DNA from: Balanoglossus misakiensis
Taxonomy: Eukaryota > Animalia > Hemichordata
NCBI GenBank assembly: GCA_040954595.2
Contig: CM082583.2
Location: 11,506,536-11,570,535, forward strand
DNA length: 64,000 bases
Direction: 5' to 3'
Shown here one piece after another: positions 21,877-35,950 of this stretch. Made by a program: the position numbers and the translations under genes. The notes below the pieces were generated by a model, which did not search any database, was not told where the DNA came from, and was given only the letters and a program-made list of their open reading frames with translations. The first letter of the stretch is position 1, and each line of letters opens with the position of its first letter.

Positions 21877-24800
21877 TCACTGATTGTATATTGCAAGGTT
21901 TCGCGAACTGTCAATTTCAATCTTCGACGCGCCCGAGTTATCCAGCTTGTTGTTGTGACGTAGAGGGATGACAGGGGTCGACACCTTTTTCCTCTGCGGG
22001 GCGCGGAATAGCTTTACGAAGAACAGAACACAGACATCGTACACGAACTCGAAAAACTCAAAACACGTCATGACTGACACACCAAGCCACAGCCCCACTT
22101 GACCACCGAGATTGCTGACCACATCACCCTCCTGTGAAGAACAAAAATACTAGTCTCTGTGTTTTTTTGGGTGAAGATAAAAATAAAATCATCCATCTCG
22201 AATATCGCGTATTAATGTGATGGAAAAGCTATGCGCATAAGAATAATACCGTATATATGTATCATACCAATCATGGTGAAGGCCTATGTCTGTCGATAAG
22301 AACTTTGAAATAAAATCACATAGGTTCAATATTTGTGAAAAATTATGCATACAGAAATTATAGACAATATAATATATACCGTGTAAGCGATGTTCTCTTG
22401 TATGAATTCATAATTCAAATCTGTGTAGTACACATCTATCTTGACCATATTGTCACTGAAAGAGACAGAGTGCGTTTTCAAGTGAAAATGGTATCATCTT
22501 TTGATTCGGCGGCGTGATTTCACAGATAGAGCCGCATCACACAAGTCAAGACAAGTCTGTAAGATGGTGAAAGTACCTGATGAAATTCTCTTGTGTTTCC
22601 ACCTCCCGTCTAATATCAGATGTGGTTTGCATCAAGTCTTCGGTGAGAGTTTCCTGAGAAATCAAACAAACAAACAAACAAACTTACAACGATATCCAGC
22701 ATTTTGACTTTTACCTGAGCATCAATGTACATCTATGCGACGACTGAAAATTCCGCCAAAACATAACTACTCTATGTTCATGAGCTAACTCTAACTCTAA
22801 CCTTGTATTGTTGATTTGGCCAGACGACGTTCGACACAGTTGCTTCGTAGGACTTTTGTCTGTAAAAACAAAGACAAAAAAGAAAAGTTTTTGTTGTTTG
22901 ACGTCGATATTCTTGATGTAAATTTACAAAAATGTGCATGGTACGATGGTGGCTGTCAGATTTCTGTCAGAAACCTGGACTCCAGCTGTACAAAGGAGAT
23001 GACCTGTAGAATATGGGCGGTCAGCAAATGTACTGTGCATGTTGCAATCAGGTTTATCTGTGACTTACGAGCATGGTTGGGAACAGGTGTCAGGACATGG
23101 CGGATTCAACTGATCCCTGTCGTAAAGATATTCCACCGAGTTAATGCAGTCGGCTGGAAAAAAATTAACAATTTGAGGTTTCCACACAATTATTCAAATT
23201 AATGATGTCACTGCATCGGATGGGGGCAATAACCGACTGTAACCTCATTAAGTCGTCATTAACGGAGAAATTATGATTATAATCAACAACTTGAAAGACA
23301 GAAAGGTTCTTTGTCATTCGAGATGGCATAATTTCATTTTTTCTCATCAAGTGTTATTAGCCCAGACATTGAACCATGAACAAGAAAGTGCCCCTCGGGA
23401 AATAGGTTGATTGGTGTGGGCGGTGTGATAATTAAGACTAATTCTTGTCAAAGCATTCATTTTGTTTTAACCTTGCACACTACATCAGTCAAATTGTCAA
23501 TTACTTACGCATCCAAAATTGAATAGCAAATACAGCCCGATTTTTTTTGGCATACCCCCACCCCTGAATTTACATGTCACGACCTAGCTCCAGCACTTTG
23601 TTCACTTACCCTTTCCCCAAAAATCGTAATATTTCTCCGGGTTATGCATAAATGACCATGAAAGTACAAATTAATTACGTAATAATCCAATTTACTATCG
23701 ATCGCTAAGTGGCATAACAAACACATGTTATGCAAGAAGTCATTAGTATGTGTATCATTACACATTTATATAGTAAAACCAATCACAACGGCGGAAATCG
23801 CTAAAATTCTGCTACATGAAAATTTGAACTACCGTTGCGAGCCTACTTGATTTACCTGTGCTTTCGTCTGTAGTGTCACATACGGGATAGTCGTTGAAAT
23901 AATTGTATCTGAAATCAGTACAGTTGCAATTAAGCTGAACTGCCCAGTTGTAGCAATTTTTTTCACATCCCTAGAGTGAACAAAGAAAAAGAAAACAGGA
24001 CAAATATTTGCAGCTTGTCCATTCCATAACTGTTCGGTTTTGGAACGAAATTCAACATTCTACATATCTACATACCTTTCTGGAATATTCCATATAAAAG
24101 AATTCTGTAAAAATATTTGCAGCATCGATCTTTTCCTGTACACATTTGCTGTACGGGTATGGCATCCGATTCACCTCCAACTGTAAACCATAGACAGAGA
24201 GAGAGTAGAGTGTGTCCGCAATTGAAAAGTACGTTTAATTTCAGGTTTTCTATCAAATGAGCGGGAATACTTTTGGGGGGGGGGAATTTGTACTTGAGTT
24301 GACCCGGGCCAACGGAAACCCATTTTTTCTACTTAAACCCGATACGCCTTTCTCGGGATAATAACTGATGTCGTTTGACATGTATTGTCCAGCGACATCG
24401 ATTGGAAAATTCAAAATGCTAAATCACTGTAGAAATGTTTGTATCTACGAGACCATTCTCAACCCGATTGTAGTTTTGAATCCAGGCGCCGCCATGAAGC
24501 CCTCGTCTTCGGGGAAAGGCATCTCTCCCTGCGAGTGCAGAACGACCCTGGCGCCGGAGGATGGCTGCAAATCTTCGACGTACTCTCCTCCTTCGATGTA
24601 GAGTTCGAGACTCAAGCCTGTATTGGGAAATAAGCAAAGTGAAAAACGTTAAATGATCGCTGCCAACTACCATAAATTTCTTCTGGAGGACCAGTTGTAG
24701 GAATGGAGTTTATAAAACCGTATATGCACGTGGCCATTGCAAGTTGCTTACCGTAAAGTGGTCCAGACTTGGTTTGCGTTAAGACTTCATTTTTATCAGC

Positions 24801-25829
24801 ATTGAAAGTGTAACAGTTACCGTACATGTAGTTGAAGGATTGAGTGAAATTTCTGAAATGTATAAAGCAGTGGTTAGATATTATGGCGGCTGCAGAACCA
24901 AATCCCTGTCCATCAAAATTGGACCATGCAACCTGTGTTGATTTTATATTTACCTAGGGCTACATGGGTATCCCTTCCATGAGCAAGCGTAGAGGAAATC
25001 ATTGATGTGATGTCCATACTTCGCCCTATCTGTGTAGTTAAGTGATGCCAGGTACGTTTGGACGGTTTCGACCATTTGAAAGCCGTCATCTTGTTCGCCG
25101 AATGCCACTTCTGTGTTATCCCAGTTGGTGTATTGAATGGTTGTTTCCTCGGGTGCAGTCGTTGTGACTTCGTCTTGTGGAGGCGTCTTTCCTTGCGCCG
25201 CCGTTGTTGTCTGGTTTAGAGGAGGATAATTGTTTGGGTATGGCCACCAGATATGGACCTTGAATTGGATTTGGAAAAGTGGAGGGCGGAGGAGGTATAG
25301 AGTGAAGAAACAAGGGCAGATGTGCGGTGATAAATTTGTAGGATGTCCTAATAGTGGAGCTTTTGGTCAAGCAACTTACCGGTGCACCGGCATTTCGTCG
25401 GCGACGTGTGGGTGACGGTGGAGGGGCAACTAACGACCGCAGTTGAGGGTCCTGGACTAAGGCGCTCATTTTCACAGGGTTCAAGTTGCAAATGGTAACT
25501 GCTGGGAAGCCTAGTCTCTTCTCGAACTTCATTTCGATGCTGATTGTGGTGTTGTACGCATAGAATTTGGATATCACTTCCGAACTCTGCCAGACGAACA
25601 CCCCAAAACCCGCGATGACGATCAGTCCCCAGTAAAGTTTCCTTATCGGTTTGTCCGCTGCTTGGATGCGTGGGAGACCGTGTGCCGTGGTCGTCTCCAG
25701 TTGTTTGCGCAACAGTTCGTGGAATGAGTCCGGTTTACCGTTCAACATGGTGGTCACCTTGGTTTTCTTGGAGTCGTCACCGACGTCCGTCAGACACGTT
25801 CTCGATGATCCTGCACCGCCGTCTGACAT
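21877..25829 (-). CDS. DEG/ENaC superfamily amiloride-sensitive channel subunit, paralogue A (~580 aa, 11 exons)
   Basis: Exons 25829-25380, 25210-24954, 24852-24752, 24617-24454, 24180-24076, 23970-23856, 23153-23069, 22859-22802, 22653-22577, 22455-22380, 22131-21877; phases consistent. TTAHGLPRI, FPAVTICNLNP, YGNCYTFN, GLSLELYI, PFPEDEG, Cys-rich thumb, SNLGGQVGLWLGVS. Confidence 0.93.
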
Positions 25830-27010
25830 TCTGGCATGTGAGAGCGATCGATACTAATTGCAGGTGGCCGGTGGCCAAGACCAAGACTGGAAAGTATACT
25901 CTCGATAAAATAGTAGAAAATCGAATTCTATTTCGCGAATCAATTATGGCGTTTGCCCATCAAGCCGCAAAGTAGTAATTTCTTCTCGTGTATCCACCGG
26001 GAATGTCTATCCCAGTTGTTAGCAGTTAATCAGAAACACACGCCCGCTACAGAACTGTGTCAGGAGCAATAACAAACGTTTTGTAAGCGCCCTAATGTAA
26101 CGAACGCCTGAAAAATGCAGCACAATACCCTGTACCATTCTGTGACCATCAATTGTTAGCGAAAACGAACAATGAACCTTATAAATAAACTCATTACATT
26201 CATCCAATTTACTTGCTGGCCATTAATCAATTGACAATTAAGAAGCTAAAAGTTGTCGATGGACTTAATCATCGCGACAAGTAAACGTGACATACAATGC
26301 TATATTAAAATGTCGACGTTAAAATAACGCGAAATGACGATGTGCTTGGATGACCACGTTATGATTGGCAAGGTGCTGAAACTGAGTCACGTGACGATAT
26401 CTGTCTGTGGGTCGCGTCACAGTCAATGGTGACAGGTCCTTCTATTTCAACCTGTTTATTTGCTGTAAACAGTTAGGCCCACGCAGCCCTCAAATCACTT
26501 CTGAACGGAGTGGTACCGAGAGCAGAGTGGAGCAAATAGAGTGACATGGCGTGGGAAATACACAAAACCAATCCTCATTGAATAAAGACAGTTTATTGCT
26601 ACGTGCCAAAGGCGAGGTACTGAAGGGAGCAAAAGAAGAAAATAAACCCATATTCGGTAAAGATATTAGTATGGATAGCATACTATGGTTTCTAAGAATC
26701 TAATTAAGCGTCCGAAATGGCGTCGTTGACTTAAAACCGGCTTCTGTCGAAGCGCTGGTTCTCTATGCGTGTTCCGATCGAAGTTAAATGTGCCTTAGGG
26801 AACACATGAATACACTTCTTAACCATTAAGCATATTTATATTTGATATAAATATCAGTACATGTAGTAAGTGTAAGTGATTCCTAACGGAAAAGTCAAAT
26901 TGAACACTTTGCATCTATACAATGGTTAACTCGACATATCATAATCACATAGAAATTGCCACTGCAAATGTATATTTGAACGTCGCCACGGATTCTCGAA
27001 TTGCCCCCTG

Positions 27011-30000
27011 TTAACCGTAGCTGAATGGTTTGACGGGGGTCGATGTACGACCCGCTCTCAGGGACTTCATCTTCCTCCAACAGACGCCAACGGCAATGGC
27101 AACGAACTGGGCGATTTCACAGATGGTTATGATGGAGACCCCGAGCCACAGACCCAGCTGACCGCCAATATCGCTAATAATCCTACAACGCTGATTGACA
27201 AAAAACAACAAAACATAAAGGCATATTACTGTACTGTGGTGTAAGAGAGAAAGTTAAACGGTTTCATTCATCAACGTGAGAGCAATACTTTGAAATGTTT
27301 AGTGAACTGACATTGAACGTCTACCTTGTATGCTGCGTTCTCCTCAATAAATTCATAATTCAAATCTTCGAAGTAAACATCTACCTTCAACATGTTGTTC
27401 CTGAAATAATAAATAAAAATCACTAAGCGAAGCAGTGGGTATTAGAATGAGCATTCAAGTCAATGTCAGCGTATATCATAGCATTTCTATGGGGCTTGCA
27501 TATCATACAATGACAATGTTAGTATCTTTTTCACGGATGCCTCTACGTTTTTAAATGTCAAATGACTTACCTCGCCCATTCCACAATCGTAGAGTCCATT
27601 TCCCGTCCTTCGAATTGTGGATTAACATGAACAATCTTTCTAAACATGGTTTTCTATGGAAAGACAAACAGTTCAATTTTCATTCACATTGTATTTACTG
27701 TTCGATAACCCGACCGAAAATCAAGAAGAAATAAAACCCCGCCTTCTTTCTCAGATTTGAAAATTAAGGCTTCTTGTTGGAAGTCTGTACTATAAAATTT
27801 CTCCGTTTTGACATACCTGGTAGTTATCTGCCGGCCACAATAATGAGCTTACATATGGTCTGTAGGTTTTGTCTCTGAAAATTGAATAAAACAATCAATC
27901 AATCAATCCCCATTAAACAGATTATATGGGAAAAATTATATAGTATGTCTGGCATTTTGCGTCATGACCCAAACTTTTCTTAGTGTTCCCTACTGCTGAT
28001 AGAGCAACTATCGATCGACTTTCTGATTCAGTCACCAAACAAGGTTGTTATTATTATTATATGAATTTCAAACCTGCATGCTCTGGGACAATTGCACTTC
28101 AAATGACCATTTTGAAACAGCGTATCCACCATATCTAAACAATCTTCATCTGAAAATGAAACATATTGTGACACTGAATGGAAATCTGTAGAATTCCAAC
28201 ATCGATTGGAGCACACGTACATAATTACCGAAGAAACGATAGGGGATCGATAATTGACTTCGGACGCCGTTGGTGGCACTGTTTCTCAAAACCATGGATG
28301 CCAAGGCTGAAGTGTCGGCGAACATAACTGAAAGTCTGCAATAACAATCTATGTATGTCTTACCATCGAAGCTACTGAATGTGTTACAAGGATTAATCGG
28401 ACGTTCCAGATTCATGGGTTTCGGGTAGTTCGAATCGAAACAGCCACACCGACCGATGACGCGATGCTGATAGCAACTTCTTTCACACACCTGTAACGAG
28501 AGCACCGGTAACGATTCGTTGTATGGTTCAACCACCGTGGTGGTCACTCCCCACAAACCGTACGTGTGGTTCAACCAATGGCTGTCTAGCACGGAACAAC
28601 TGATACATCGAAAAAACACGCTTCACCACTGATATCAAGGTTAATCTTTTTATATCATTGGGTCCGGAAGATTTTAGAGAGAAAGAAAAAAACACATATT
28701 TCGAGTGGACACACTTTATAGAAGAAGGCAAGTTAGATACAGGGGGATACAGAAAGATGATAACATACCTGAACGCTGTATCCTACCATGTCGGACCGTG
28801 ATAAATATATATTTGAGCTTAACTCCTCGGCAGTGAGTTTTCCTTCGTCTTTGCAGTCTCCGTGAGGGGCTGGCATGCGCGAAATGACCACCTGAACGAA
28901 AGCGCAAGTTTAGATCTGTGTTCATCTGTCCGTGAAACCGCTGGTATAACACCGTGCTCATAAATGGTTGGAGAAGATGTGTCAGTATGTGAGAAACTCA
29001 TATTATTAGAAAAAAACATCGTATAATTGGTGTAGATCCTTCTCTTGTGGGTTTTGCACGCGACAAGGAAGAGGCGACTTTCAAGCAGTCTTTTATTCTC
29101 TTTGTCAATAATTGCGCCTGGTTTGTTTGTTCCGGAAAGGAAATGTCTTTGAAATGGTCCATTAGAAGTCGAAACAAAATTTAACCAATAGTGAATACCT
29201 GTCTAACTCCAACTGACACTGCCTGTCCAGGAGCGAGAGAGAATCCTTCGTCTTCAGGGAACGGCAATTTACCCTGAGGGTGTAGTATCATTATCACGCC
29301 AGCAGAGTCAGTTGAATCCGTCAGGTACTCGCTTTGTTCAATGTAAAGTTCCAGGCTTAAACCTGTACCCACATATGCAAAGTATATGCATGTATTACTT
29401 AACATAATGTCAACATGTTAATTTTGTGGGAACCCGTGTGTGTGTGACGTTCTGGGTAAGTAACGTTTCATTACACTTTCGTGTACACAGCTTCGAATGC
29501 GTACATTTTCAACATGAATGAGTAATTTGGAAACAGTAGAAAAAATACATTAACTTGGTGCGGTACATTCGATTTATTCGTTCATACTAGTACACGAGAC
29601 ATACGTGCTAACAAACTCAAAACGTTTGGCTAAATTTGTGTTTGTGCCATCGTGGGTGATTAAAAAAACCGCTGATCATTATGCATGGGAAAATGACTCG
29701 TTCGAGACGATTCTTTCTTACCGTGCTTATGTCCTGGTTTGTTGACAGTGAGGGGTTGGCTGGAATTTCCCGAGTTAAATGTGTAGCAGTTTCCGTATTT
29801 GTGGTTGATAAATGAAGTGAAATCCCTGAAAGTGGACATTGAGACACAATTATAAACTGCTGCTGGGATATTTTTGGAATTAGCGTAGTGAGTCTAAAAT
29901 ATACAAAATAGGAGGAGGCGTCTTTCGGTTGTATCAGTGCACAGTATACTTACGCTGTTGAGCACCGCTCCCCCTTCCAGGAACAATCAAGTAACATGTC

Positions 30001-31293
30001 CGATAACTGGTGACCTAGAGCATGAAGTGATTCCGAAGTCCTATTGGCCATTAGTATACTCAAGAGATGCTCTTTTATGTACATCTGGACCATCCTCCAA
30101 TCTTCATCATCACCATCATCTTCCTCTTCTTCTACTCCTTCTTCAGAGCCGTCGTCCTGTGTGTAAAGAGAGCGAGTGAGTGAGTGAGTGAGTGAGTGAG
30201 TGAGTGAGTGAGTGAGTGAGTGAGTGAGTGAGTGAGTGAGTGAGTGAGTGAGTGAGTGAGTGAGTGAGTGAGTGAGTGAGTGAGTGAGTGAGTGAGTGAG
30301 TGAGTGAGTGAGTGAGTGAGTGAGTGAGTGAGTGAGTGAGTGAGTGAGTGAGTGAGTGAGTGAGTGAGTGAGTGAGTGAGTGAGTGAGTGAGTGAGTGAG
30401 TGAGTGAGTGAGTGAGTGAGTGAGTGAGTGAGTGAGTGAGTGAGTGAGTGAGTGAGTGAGTGAGTGAGTGAGTGAGTGAGTGAGTGAGTGAGTGAGTGAG
30501 TGAGTGAGTGAGTGAGTGAGTGAGTGAGTGAGTGAGTGAGTGAGTGAGTGAGTGAGTGAGTGAGTGAGTGAGTGAGTGAGTGAGTGAGTGAGTGAGTGAG
30601 TGAGTGAGTGAGTGAGTGAGTGAGTGAGTGAGTGAGTGAGTGAGTGAGTGAGTGAGTGAGTGAGTGAGTGAGTGAGTGAGTGAGTGAGTGAGTGAGTGAG
30701 TGAGTGAGTGAGTGAGTGAGTGAGTGAGTGAGAGAGAGAGAGAGAGCCACCACCCCTTCCAACACCACTATCTTAATTTACGAAATGACGTTTTCATGTA
30801 TTAAGTCCTTTACCGTAGTTTGATATATTCCTGTAGACGCTGAGTGAAATTCTGTCGTCTTGTCTTCTTCAGTTGTAAATGGCAGACCAGTCGCTCCTTC
30901 TTGTTTGTCTTCTGCCACCGACGACGGGAAGAACATGGAAAGAAGTTCTTCGTCGCCACTTTGCAGCACGGCCGACATCCTTATCGGGTTCACGTTGCAG
31001 AGCGTCACCGCGGGGAACACCAATTGTTTCTCATGCTTGACTGTCAGACTGACAGCCACAGGGTAAGAAAAGTAGGTCGTTGTTAAATCATAAATGTAGG
31101 AGCCCGACATCATAAACGCGAGGACGACCAGGAAACCCCAGCCTAGCTTTCCCTTCAAACTGACGGAGCGATATATGTTAGGCAGGCCATGAGAAGACGT
31201 GTTTTGCAACAGATCCCCCAATGCGTCTTTGAGATGTGGGTCTGTGCGCTCCTTCGAGTCTTGCTCCTTTTCCTCGACAGCTGCCAGTGCCAT
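27011..31293 (-). CDS. DEG/ENaC superfamily channel subunit, paralogue B (~557 aa, 11 exons)
   Basis: Exons 31293-30814, 30156-29954, 29825-29722, 29362-29199, 28891-28769, 28490-28364, 28149-28074, 27874-27817, 27653-27571, 27400-27325, 27190-27011. TSSHGLPNI, FPAVTLCNVNP, YGNCYTFN, PFPEDEGF, SDIGGQLGLWLGVS. Confidence 0.93.
30174..30746. repeat. Perfect (GAGT)n/(TCAC)n tetranucleotide microsatellite, ~139 units, plus a short (AG)n
   Basis: Directly visible; fills most of intron 1 (30157-30813) of ENaC paralogue B. Confidence 0.98.
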
Positions 31294-33139
31294 ATTTTCT
31301 TCTTCTGAAGTTATATTAAACTGATATCAGAGCAAGAAAAAAACAACTAGTCCACCATGAAAGTTTTAACACCTGTTGATGTTGGCGGAGCCGGAGGAAC
31401 CCGAAGCAAACTGCACACACGCAGAAACACTGTCCTGTTATCTAAAAGGTTTTAAAGGTGTCTCCAGTCTGTTTTACCGCGTTACAATATTGAGGATTAT
31501 TTTTACTTTAAAAATCAATATGAAGGATTGACTTTTCTTATTTGAGTATTAACCAACTTTTGTTGACCAAGTCACTTAAATGTTACTGGGCGGAAACTGG
31601 TAGAGTATTGACCATAATGTAGTGTTCCACGTAAAGTGGAGATCCAGCCAATAATAGTGAAAAAGTCAAGTTTGGTGCGCCCTTTTTACTACACGTCACA
31701 CAAAGAGAGATATCTCCGCCAGCGTTATGGCTCACCGTTCAACAGAATCAATCGATTTGATCTTTGATATTCAGCAAATACAAATCTCGATTAAACAAAT
31801 CAATGTAATCAGGCATTGTTACGTAACAAACCATTAGCATCATTAGCGCGTTACCATTTAGATGTCGCTTTTATCTGAATCTACGTCAAAGATCTATTTT
31901 ATTTTTTTCAATAATTCTGCATACTCCAATCCCTTTTCATTACAGGCCACTTGACTTGAGATGCGTCAGAGCAATTGTTTCCAAACCGCTTCGAAGAATA
32001 GAAAAAAATCTCGTTGCTGATTGGTTCAAATCACCTGGACTATCTGGATATGTAAATTTCCGTTGAGACATCCGGGCATTTTCGTAAAAGACGGCCATGC
32101 TGTTGCTGCACGTTGCCTGCGTTTTGTTGCGGAGCGCAGAGACTCAAGTGAAACTGAGTTTCTGCGCTGTTCATTTTGCTGTAAATGCCGGTAAGTAAAA
32201 GTAACAGAAGTATACACAACCACTCAGTTATTGACCAGACCTATAGGGTATATTTTGGCGAGTTCCAGGCAACCGAGGCGTACGTCCGACGAGCACAGAA
32301 AAAGTACACGCCTCACAGTCAAGCAGCTGGAGTCGGTTTTTCACTGCTTCAATTTACAAAGTCCACTTTTCACGTTACTCAACATGCGCGGTTTATTAGA
32401 CTAGTCGGTGTTATAACACTACCGGTGGGCGGCCGGTTTTTGTACGCTCAAAACACGATACAGTTTCTCTGGAAGGGGAAAGTTCGGTGGAATAGTTGCG
32501 GGTTGACGTGTGGTCAGTGTTTTTTTCGAGTGTGAGCGAATGCAAATTTCCTGCTGCCGTTCGTCCACTATGTCCAGGAGCCCGTCAGATAGCTTAGTAC
32601 AATTATAACCGTATTTTGACACGTCTTTGTGGTTGGAGCAGTAAAATTAACCAAGTTGCCAAATTCAGTGTGAAATTCCAGGCAACCCGTAAATATTTGT
32701 ATGATGTACCATCTGCGAATGGACAACGGTTGGTGTACGGTGATCACGGCAGATTTTTTGTTTCATGTTCATGGGTAGACATTCACTTCTACGTACTTTT
32801 ACTTGTTTTGCAGATGCGGAAACCAGATGAACTGATAATGATGTCTAACAGCCAAACTGAGGCCGCCATGCAGCTGTAACTGGGACTGGGTGAGGCTAGT
32901 GCAGACCACGTGGATGCTATGATGTTACAAGCCAGATGAACAAGTAAGCCATATTTACATGTATTTTTCATTGTGGCCATTTTGAAGATGTTTTCCTGAT
33001 TCTGACTGGTGCCGGTACCCAGCTCAGCGAACCGAATATGGATGCAATATGTGGATGTCATTTTAGTGTTTTCAAACCAACATATGACTTGCTCGGTGCA
33101 AGGTCATTAGTGTGTGTGCGCGCATGTGTGTCGAAGTAA

Positions 33140-34890
33140 GTTGTGTGTTCGTGGCCATGCAACTGTGACTACACGAGGTAAACGCTTGTATGTTCCATGG
33201 CTGAATGAAGACCAGTGGATGGTATGAGGTTTCATAACAAGTAAGTGTTATAGACATAAATAAAATCCCCGGGGCGGGTGGGTCCCATCCCTCTGACCGT
33301 CGGTTTAATATAATAAATACAAGTTTTTGTCGACCTGTAATCTTTCGTCATTATTCAATAAAAAAACACACACATTAAAAACATGCATACACTGATTAAA
33401 CTGAGTGGTTTATTTCCGTAACGTTCATCTACTCGCGTGCATATATAGTTAGGTCTAATACTATTTTTTTAGATTTGTAATCTTTCGTCATTTTTCAATA
33501 AAAAAAATCAAAAACATGCATGCATACACCTATTAAACTGAGTGGTTTATTTCCGTAACGATCATCTTCGCGCTCGCATGTCTGCTAGGCTGGTTAGGAG
33601 ATTTGTAATATTTAGTCTTTTTCCCTTACTGCAATAAAAGATTATTTAAATACAATTTTTGTATAACCTGAGGTTGGTTTATTTGTACTGGTCATCTTCG
33701 CCTATGTGTTCGTCTCTGTTAGCCTCAGTCTGTTATTATAGCAGAATAAGTTGTGTACGTTTACTTTCCAGAAGTTTTTTGAGATTTGTAATCTGTTTTT
33801 CAGGATTCTGTCATTTTGCATACTTTACATTTTTTGTAAGTCAGTAGTGACTACAACATTTTTTTCACTGTATTTTCTTGAGTGAAATGTTATTTTAGAC
33901 ACACAAATAACAATTGTATTTCCTTTGATGATAAGCTGATGCAATGTAATTCTATGCTATGTTACGCTATGGGTCACATATTTCTTGGAAAGTTTGGCAT
34001 TTTCTCGAATTTTGATCTTGGCAGCCTTGGATGTTAAATTAACTTCAAACCAAGATGTGTGACCACTATGAGAAATGTGTATTTTAGTCACTGAATATTA
34101 CTGTTTAAATATGATTATAATGTAAAAAAGTATTCCTTTGTTGTATTTCATTCCAGTATATCTGTTGTATGTTAAGTCCACAGAACACATTGTATGATAT
34201 CTTTTGTCTGTGGTCTCCAAACTTTAAATCTGTGTTTATATGAATTCTTGTATTTTCAATAAAACTAGAATTAAACGAAAGATTTAACTCGTATGTGTAT
34301 TATTTTATTCAACCAATACTAAGATAATTATTGGAACATGGTCAAAAGTCGACCCTTGATTTGAAAACAAAATCTGTTATCACTGACCCTAAACAGTATC
34401 GAGTTTACATCTATTATAAATTGACTGTTGCCCGGTACCGATTTTGTACAAAACTCTACAGTATGTAACAATATGGGTTCCATATGAAATCACATTTCGG
34501 TGTTTTAAATCAAGTTAACCGACTTTGAATGCTTCGAAAGATGCTCGTGAGTGTGTGTGTCTGTGTGTAAGTTGGTATATTCCGGCCATGCAACTGTAAC
34601 ATTAGGTAAGCGCTTGTATGTTCCATGGCTGAGTGAAGACCGGTGGATTCTTAGATTTCAAGCATTTTTTAACAAGTAAGTGACAATCTCCATTGGGGAT
34701 GGGGTTTTCCTTTATCCAAGTCCATAGAACGTATATCCTCTTTATTCAAACTTTTCCCCCAAAAAATAGAATAAAACGAAAGACTCGTGTCTATATCATT
34801 TATTCAATGAAGCCTAAAATAATTATTGAAACATGGTCTAAAATTTGGTCCTTGATTTGAAAATAATCAGTTGTCTCATTGACCCTCGAT
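33140..34890. repeat. Cluster of degenerate direct repeats (probable decayed repeat or transposon remnant)
   Basis: ~33150-33250 resembles ~34583-34683; ~140-bp tandem units at ~33336, ~33476 and weaker ~33603; ~34267-34390 resembles ~34768-34886. Confidence 0.6.
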
Positions 34891-35950
34891 GTTTGCATAT
34901 TCAAAGATAGGTCAAAGGTCATCACAATTTTGGCAAATTCTCGTGTCCTTGTGCGTGACGTCACTGTGACCTCAAGAGCAGGAAACGGAAATTTTATATG
35001 AGGGTGTTGTCCGCCAATGTAGTCATTTATGGTGAGAATCACGTGATGTTTATCCATCACAGTGATTGCTCCTTAAACATGGCCTTTCTGATCATTAAGA
35101 TGAAGCTTGTCTCCAAGGAGATGCTTTGAGTGATTGCACAATCCTAATCGCCATCGGTTCCGCTCTGAATACAAAGACGTACATCCGGGTTAGGTACACA
35201 AATCAAAATTGAAACCTTCATATGTAATTATATTTTATACAGCATCTGTGTTTGCGTTGACCTTGTGACGTTCTCTAAGGAAAGAGAGTAAACCTCTAAC
35301 AGAATCGGCACGACATTAACCTAGAATGAAAATTTATTGGCGATTTGTATGCAACAAGGTAATACATTTAACTAGTTCTCCAAGATTTATACGACTGCAA
35401 AAGAGCCAGTGATATTTGTGATTTTCATGGGGGAGGAGACTGATTCTCACAACCTATTTGTCTTCATTGACTTTAAACTGGACCAATAGATGATGAAGAA
35501 AGGAAGTATATACCCTTGACATTTGGGATAACAGGAATTTCCTTTTAAAAACCACGGTTTGCGATCCATTCATCTTCGACGAATGCTGCCCGCAGGATAA
35601 ACGACACAACGACGGTCGTTCAATAGCAGATTGGTGGCAGTCTATTAATGCAAGGATGATGTGTGTATAAACGCGGGAAACTGTCGCGCCACCAGTGTCC
35701 GATGTAAGCAGCGATGACTGATTTCTGCCTGTGAATCTTCACTTTTGGAATTCCGCGCAAAGGGCGGTGCAACGTCAATCATGTGACAGGGTCCGAGTCA
35801 CGTGACTTAAAGCTGGCGTTGTGAATTGTATATTTATACAAAAAAATCTCAAAATGTGAGCAGTATACACACACCTGTTGACTGAACAGGTATAGACATC
35901 TGTTCGTCTTCCATCCTCAGTCTTCGGATGTCAACAAAGATTTCCCAACC

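Noticed and set aside
29950-30768. 272-aa SLTH-repeat ORF
   Set aside because: Translation of the intronic (TCAC)n microsatellite; only the last ~68 codons are a real ENaC exon.
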